From Cirrosporium novae-zelandiae (Eukaryota): DNA of 64,000 nucleotides. Within the stretch, counting starts at the first letter, position 1. Each line of letters begins with the position of its first letter. Made by a program: the position numbers and the translations under genes. The stretch covers positions 62,001 to 126,000 of the forward strand of contig JAPETS010000037.1 in assembly GCA_026023565.1 (NCBI GenBank), given 5' to 3'. The notes beneath the pieces are model-generated. The model made no database searches. It was not told the origin of the DNA and worked only from the letters and a program-made list of their open reading frames with translations. Positions 62,565 through 64,000 of this stretch are shown here, piece after piece.

Positions 62565-62910
62565 ATCTGAATATTTCGAGGAATAGAAAGTCGTCAATTA
62601 TAAGCCTATGGGGAACAAGTTTTGGCGTGGATAGTTTTCTTCGGATTTATTTGTTCCTGCTGTTGTCCGTACTTAATTTTTGCTCTCGTTGTCATTTCCT
62701 TCTTTTTTCTCGATGAGACTCCCGTCGGTAGTCGGAAACAGCGTCATCGCATCTTCAGCTATGTTCCCTCCCCGACCAATACTCCAAGGTACATAACAAT
62801 CCCTTCCATAGACTGTCCTTGAGAGAATGTCAAAACCCCATTCTATGTGGTCATGATCATCTTGTCGCTTGGGAATGTGTCGATTATAGAAAGACTATAC
62901 CGTAATTGCA

Positions 62911-64000
62911 ATGGAGGCCGCTACCGATCCAAAACCCTTGTGTCAGAACACTGACACCGATCCTTTGTCCAAAGATGAGAGTGCTCCAGTTCTAACGACC
63001 CCAGAACCCCCCAGCTCACCACAACGGCCACGAAACCTTACAGATCGCATCCTTGAATTTCTATCTACTGCTAGCAACGAGAAGCTTGGGCTATGTGCAT
63101 TGGGCCTTGGAGCTACAACCTATGTTGTGCTTGGAAGAGTTGGGCTCATACTTATAGGAGTTGTTGGAGGAATAATCTTACATGCTACGTGGGATGGCAG
63201 TATAGCTGCAGCTGGGCATAATGAAGCTAGAGCTCAGGAGGCGAGGCGAAGAAAAGAGGTCGGAATTGATGTTGTGAGCAGGATACTTGCATGGCGGGAA
63301 GAGAAGAAGGAGAAGGCGGGTGATGAGAACACAATTGACTTGGAATTCTCCGACTTTCAACCTGCAACAAGAGATGCATTGGTATCTCTGGTGGATGCAG
63401 TAATTGGAAATTATGTCAAGTAATGAACCCGTCTGAATTTACCCCTGTACAAGCTGATCTTGTTTACATTCAGGTGGTGGTATAATCCAGTAATCCCATC
63501 CGATTCCTCATTCCCAGCCGCATGCCGAGAAACCCTTACAGGCTTCATACTATCTATAGCCAGTCATCTTGCTCGAAAACGCCCAGCAGACGCTTTTCTA
63601 GATTTTGTTACGAACACGTCTTCAATCCTCATAGTCTTTTTAAACGAGCTTTCGGTGGCTTTGATGAATCCGCAGGCCGATGGCCTGTCTCATAAAGAAG
63701 CCATGGAGCTATACTTGAAAGAAAAACCAGAAAGTAGTCTTGCCAATGTGCTGGACCCGCGACAACAGTATCGCAAGCTGGACTTGGTCTCGGACGATGT
63801 CCTGCATAATTTCCTCGGGCCCTCCAATTACAGCTGCCGACCTGCTCAGGTCTTCCTACGACGAATACTAGCAGATGTAATTTTGGAAAAGACAGTTCAA
63901 AGCTGTTCGAAGGCGGAATGGGTAAACAATTGGATTGTTTATTTGCTTGAAGATGGGGATAGAGAACATAAATTAATCAATGCAATTGACGCCGGTGTTG
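62911..64000 (+). CDS. PXA-domain sorting-nexin-like protein (Mdm1/SNX13-like), 5' part only
   Basis: Hydrophobic N-terminal segments, then LVDAVIGNYVK|WWYNPVIPSDSSFP...PEWVN-like AEWVNNWIV; runs off the window. Confidence 0.8.

Noticed and set aside
1..64000. Starship giant transposon or autonomous TE
   Set aside because: No DUF3435 tyrosine recombinase, transposase, reverse transcriptase or integrase ORF recognised.

Overview
Intron-rich filamentous ascomycete (Pezizomycotina-type) genomic DNA with about 22 protein-coding loci. Recognisable core genes: SDO1/SBDS, EMW1/TTC27, UBP14, a partial PXA-domain sorting nexin and a RING-like protein. Accessory genes: a HET-domain protein, two BTB/POZ proteins, a HeLo-NACHT-ankyrin NLR with near-identical 99-bp repeats and a decayed ANK-ZZ tail, an intronless esterase/SDR pair, an esterase + Zn2Cys6 + salicylate-hydroxylase-like cluster, a LaeA-like methyltransferase, a secreted GlcG/HbpS-like protein and an ICL/PEP-mutase pseudogene. 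Main candidates for a second look: (1) a divergent FHA-like kinase plus a small basic protein whose spliced C-terminus carries STHPMVTRSRA, nearly identical to the HCMV IE1 nucleosome acidic-patch motif; (2) the NLR, possibly bracketed by hAT-like termini; (3) a candidate H/ACA snoRNA matching the 25S psi2975 site (snR42-like); (4) a ~475-bp MITE and several duplicated or inverted intergenic modules. Gene models were assembled by eye from splice signals; no searches were run.
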